Part shown: positions 21,746 to 24,000 of the stretch, piece by piece | How positions within the stretch are numbered: the first letter of the stretch is position 1 | Layout: every line of letters begins with the position of its first letter | DNA from: Ferrimonas balearica | GTDB taxonomy: Bacteria > Pseudomonadota > Gammaproteobacteria > Enterobacterales > Shewanellaceae | Direction: 5' to 3' | DNA length: 24,000 bases | NCBI RefSeq assembly: GCF_019802085.1 | Contig: NZ_JAHVHV010000001.1 | Span: 1,218,874 to 1,242,873, forward strand | Position numbers and translations under genes: made by a program | The notes under the pieces: generated by a model | Seen by the model: only the letters and a program-made list of their open reading frames with translations | The model's database searches: none | Told to the model about the DNA's origin: nothing

Positions 21746-21799
21746 GGGTCGTCTCCGCCACGCAAAAGGCCTTTGAGTATAGGACAAGCCGCAGAAGAT

Positions 21800-21830
21800 A
21801 AAAGAAAACCCCCACCCGAATGGGTGGGGG
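21800..21830 (-). terminator. rho-independent terminator after tRNA-Cys
   Basis: The minus strand reads CCCCCACCC-ATTC-GGGTGGGGG followed by TTTTCTTTT. It begins 9 nt after the tRNA 3' CCA. Confidence 0.8.
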
Positions 21831-21838
21831 TTCAAAGA

Positions 21839-21912
21839 TGGAGGCGCGTCCCGGAGTCGAACCGAGGTCCACGGATTTGCAATCCGCTGCATAGCCACTC
21901 TGCCAACGCGCC
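21839..21912 (-). tRNA. cysT: tRNA-Cys (anticodon GCA), 74 nt with encoded CCA
   Basis: The reverse complement is GGCGCGTTGGCAGAGTGGCTATGCAGCGGATTGCAAATCCGTGGACCTCGGTTCGACTCCGGGACGCGCCTCCA. The acceptor stem is GGCGCGT/ACGCGCC, the anticodon loop is TTGCAAA, and the T-arm is GGTTCGACTCC. It is nearly identical in its arms to E. coli tRNA-Cys. Confidence 0.95.
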
Positions 21913-21932
21913 AGTGCTTGAAAGCGGGAGCA

Positions 21933-21961
21933 ATTAAAGCAGAAAGGCTCTGGGGGCACAA
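21933..21961 (-). promoter_or_regulatory. candidate sigma70 promoter of tRNA-Cys (-35 TTGTGC, 17-bp spacer, -10 TTTAAT)
   Basis: Read on the minus strand, a GC-rich discriminator (TGCTCCCGC) follows the -10. The -10 ends about 20 nt before the mature tRNA 5' end. Confidence 0.35.
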
Positions 21962-22080
21962 GCCCGTTCCCGCCCGTAGGTAGGGATTTATTTGAACCGG
22001 CTCTAATTTTTGGACCCCTGTTCCTTCTGGCCCGTCCAGCAGCCCCTAAAGCGGTGAACTTTTGCGCTCTATATCAACGG

Positions 22081-22437
22081 TTAAGCTTGCGATGCCAAGG
22101 CGTTTAGGTGGCTCTGGTAGTGCTTCAGGGTCTGTTCGGCCAATCGGCAACAGGCGTGGCGCTGAGCACTCAGATCGCCCTGGGGGCCCGCCCGTGCACT
22201 GAGCTCCAGGGCCTTGGCACTTTGGGCCAGGGCGTCAGCACCGAAACTGGCGGCGCTGCCCTTGATGCGATGGGCCAAAGTGGCCAGCTCCGCAGTCGGC
22301 ATGGCATCCGACGCCGAAGCCAGTGTTTGGCTGAGTTGGGTAAGATCCGCCACAAAGGCGCTTAAAAGATCCGGCAGTAACGCCTCCCCCACTTCCTCCG
22401 CCAGGCGATCCAAGGTCAATTGCGATAAAAGCTCCAT
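22081..22437 (-). CDS. stand-alone histidine phosphotransfer (Hpt) domain protein
   Basis: The 118-aa protein looks all-helical and carries the Hpt signature around the phospho-accepting His: LATLAHRIKGSAASFGADAL. Confidence 0.85.
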   Translation of the reverse strand: MELLSQLTLDRLAEEVGEALLPDLLSAFVADLTQLSQTLASASDAMPTAELATLAHRIKGSAASFGADALAQSAKALELSARAGPQGDLSAQRHACCRLAEQTLKHYQSHLNALASQA

Positions 22438-22528
22438 CTTTCATCCCTGTGTTGTTGAAGCCCTTGTCAGTCCAGACTACCCCTTACCCGCGTTGTTGCA
22501 AGTCCCTCTTACGACCGGGCGTCGGGCA

Positions 22529-22557
22529 CAAAAAAGGGCGCCGCTGGGCGCCCTTTT
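22529..22557 (-). terminator. rho-independent terminator after aspC
   Basis: The minus strand reads GGGCGCC-CAGC-GGCGCCC followed by TTTTTTG. It lies 17 nt after the aspC stop. Confidence 0.75.
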
Positions 22558-22573
22558 CATTGTCGTTTCCGAT

Positions 22574-23764
22574 TCAGGAGACCGCGGCGATCGCCTGCAC
22601 CAGCGTAGGGAGGTTGGCCTCGGTCATGCCAGCGACGTTGATCCGTCCGGATCCGACGATGTAGATGCCGTGGTCTTTTTTCAGGGCCTCCACTTGCGTC
22701 TTGTTGAGGCCGGAGAAGCTGAACATGCCGTTTTGCGCTTCGATAAAACCGAAATCCCCTTCTACGCCGGCCTCCGCCAGGCCCTGAACAAAGGCGCCAC
22801 GCATGCGATGGATGCGCTGAGACATCTGCGCCAGCTCCTCGAGCCACAGGGCCTTGAGCTCCGCGTCGGCCAGGATGGTAGCCACCACCTGCGCCCCATG
22901 GGATGGCGGGTTGGAGTAGTTGGTGCGGATCACCCGTTTGATTTGTGAGGCCCCGCGATCGGCGGCTTCCCCGTCTGCGGCCACCAGGGTCAGTGCCCCG
23001 ATCCGCTCGTTATAGAGGCCAAAGTTCTTGGAGAAGGAGTTGGCCACCAGCATCTCGTCCAGCTGACCGGCGAAATGGCGCAGGCCAGCCGCATCGGACT
23101 CCACGTCCTTGGCGAAGCCCTGGTAGGCAAAGTCGAACAGGGGCAGCCAGCCGTTGGCCTTGGCACTTTGTGCCATCGCCTGCCACTGAGTCAGGCTGGG
23201 ATCGACACCGGTGGGGTTGTGGCAGCATCCGTGCAGGATCACCACATCCTCGCTGCCAAGGCCGTTGAGATCCGCCATCATGCCGTCGAAGTCCAGGGCC
23301 TTGTTGGCGCTGTCGTAGTAGCGGTACTCCCGCACCTCCAGACCGGCACTTTCAAAGATCCCACGGTGGTTGGCCCAGGAGGGGTTGGAGATCCACACCC
23401 GCTTGCCACCCAGGGTGGAGGCCAGGAAGTCGGCAGCGATGCGCAGCGCGCCGGTACCCCCGGGGGCCTGGGCAGTGCGAGCCCGAGCCTGTTGAAGCAC
23501 CGGGTGCCCTTCACCGAACAGCAGCGCCTGAACCTGCTGGCGATAGGCCGGATGGCCGTCGATGCCCAGGTAGCCTTTGCTGGTCTCGGTTTCCAGGATC
23601 CGTGCTTCGGCCTGTTTTACGCAGGAGAGGATCGGTGTCTGGCCCGCTTCGTCCTTGTAGACGCCCACGCCCAGGTTGATCTTGTGATCGCGGGGGTCCG
23701 CCTTGAAGGCTTCATTGAGTCCGAGGATGGGATCGGCAGGAGCAAGTTCTATCTTTTCAAACAT
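22574..23764 (-). CDS. aspC: aspartate aminotransferase (class I, AspC type)
   Basis: The 396-aa protein is colinear with E. coli AspC. Matching segments include [81 protein letters not shown] (PLP Lys) and [10 protein letters not shown]. Confidence 0.95.
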   Translation of the reverse strand: MFEKIELAPADPILGLNEAFKADPRDHKINLGVGVYKDEAGQTPILSCVKQAEARILETETSKGYLGIDGHPAYRQQVQALLFGEGHPVLQQARARTAQAPGGTGALRIAADFLASTLGGKRVWISNPSWANHRGIFESAGLEVREYRYYDSANKALDFDGMMADLNGLGSEDVVILHGCCHNPTGVDPSLTQWQAMAQSAKANGWLPLFDFAYQGFAKDVESDAAGLRHFAGQLDEMLVANSFSKNFGLYNERIGALTLVAADGEAADRGASQIKRVIRTNYSNPPSHGAQVVATILADAELKALWLEELAQMSQRIHRMRGAFVQGLAEAGVEGDFGFIEAQNGMFSFSGLNKTQVEALKKDHGIYIVGSGRINVAGMTEANLPTLVQAIAAVS

Positions 23765-23811
23765 GGGCTTAGGACTGACTTCATCTGGAGGATAGGCAGG
23801 GTCAAGCTGCC

Positions 23812-23840
23812 GTTATACCATGGCGTCCAGTCGCTGTCAG
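23812..23840 (-). promoter_or_regulatory. candidate sigma70 promoter of aspC (-35 CTGACA, 17-bp spacer, -10 TATAAC)
   Basis: Read on the minus strand. The -10 ends about 47 nt upstream of the aspC ATG. The -35 overlaps the stop codon of the upstream gene. Confidence 0.3.
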
Positions 23841-24000
23841 TGACCTTGGCTGCCTCGGGCCGTCATCTCGACAAATCCGCGTCCGCTGACGCTGCCACTG
23901 ACCTCCACCGGTCCCTCCCAGTACTGCACACCCAGGCGGTTGAGCTGATCACGAGAACGTGTCGCCACCTGCAGCGAAATGTCATGACTCGGTAGGGTTA
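23837..24000 (-). CDS. C-terminal end of an AttH/lipocalin-like (CrtC-related) protein; gene starts beyond right edge
   Basis: I translated the minus-strand frame, which is open from the window edge to TGA (23839-23837): ...TLPSHDISLQVATRSRDQLNRLGVQYWEGPVEVSGSVSGRGFVEMTARGSQGH*. The YWEG-x-V-x-V-x-G...GRG(Y/F)VE(L/M)T ending is what I recall for AttH-type proteins. It is not in the ORF track because it has no start in the window. Confidence 0.4.
   Translation of the reverse strand, partial: TLPSHDISLQVATRSRDQLNRLGVQYWEGPVEVSGSVSGRGFVEMTARGSQGH

Noticed and set aside
21839-21912. tRNA-Cys as a possible genomic-island integration site
   Set aside because: No integrase, recombinase or phage genes are nearby. 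I could not find a second copy of the tRNA 3' end (direct-repeat att site) anywhere in the window.
1-24000. Search by eye for CRISPR arrays, IS elements or transposases, integrons, prophage, toxin-antitoxin or known defence-system genes
   Set aside because: I found no regularly spaced repeats and no recognisable transposase, integrase, nuclease, reverse-transcriptase or NTPase ORFs. Every long ORF is accounted for by the features listed or by antisense shadows.

Overview
This is a high-GC gammaproteobacterial chromosomal segment, and most of it is conserved housekeeping and respiratory genes. The gene order ccoNOQP, ccoH-ccoI-ccoS plus a DsbD_2/TauE-like membrane protein, fnr, uspE, ttcA is the arrangement I recall from Vibrionales, Alteromonadales and Aeromonadales type genomes. 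The genus cannot be determined by eye.

Layout, left to right:
- 1-638: a truncated unknown gene (minus strand) and a 62-aa unknown ORF, arranged divergently around two perfect palindromes that share a 16-bp core.
- 640-2479: a secreted, very acidic 410-aa protein of no recognised family, bracketed by two AT-rich spacers.
- 2480-5017: a crotonase-family enzyme, a LysR regulator and a small kinase-like protein, all co-directional.
- 5168-6022: purU (minus strand).
- 6113-8853: a two-gene minus-strand operon encoding a small lipoprotein and an octahaem c-type cytochrome fused to a TPR domain. It is divergent from ccoN across a 463-bp control region that carries two FNR-type boxes.
- 9317-16444: the cbb3 oxidase structural and maturation genes. 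ccoQ and ccoS are real genes that fall below the ORF-track size cutoff. No ccoG is present.
- 16499-19373: fnr, uspE and ttcA.
- 19420-21551: a minus-strand operon encoding a membrane protein, a Bax-like glucosaminidase and a secreted protein.
- 21659-24000: a candidate 28-aa hydrophobic micro-ORF, tRNA-Cys(GCA), an orphan Hpt phosphotransfer protein, aspC, and the 3' end of an AttH/lipocalin-like gene.

I saw no transposase, integrase, CRISPR array, toxin-antitoxin pair or recognisable defence genes.

The most unusual items are the lipoprotein plus octahaem-TPR cytochrome pair beside the oxidase cluster, the AT-bracketed acidic secreted protein, and the twin-palindrome control region at the left edge. 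All functional interpretations rest on motif recognition by eye, with no database searches.
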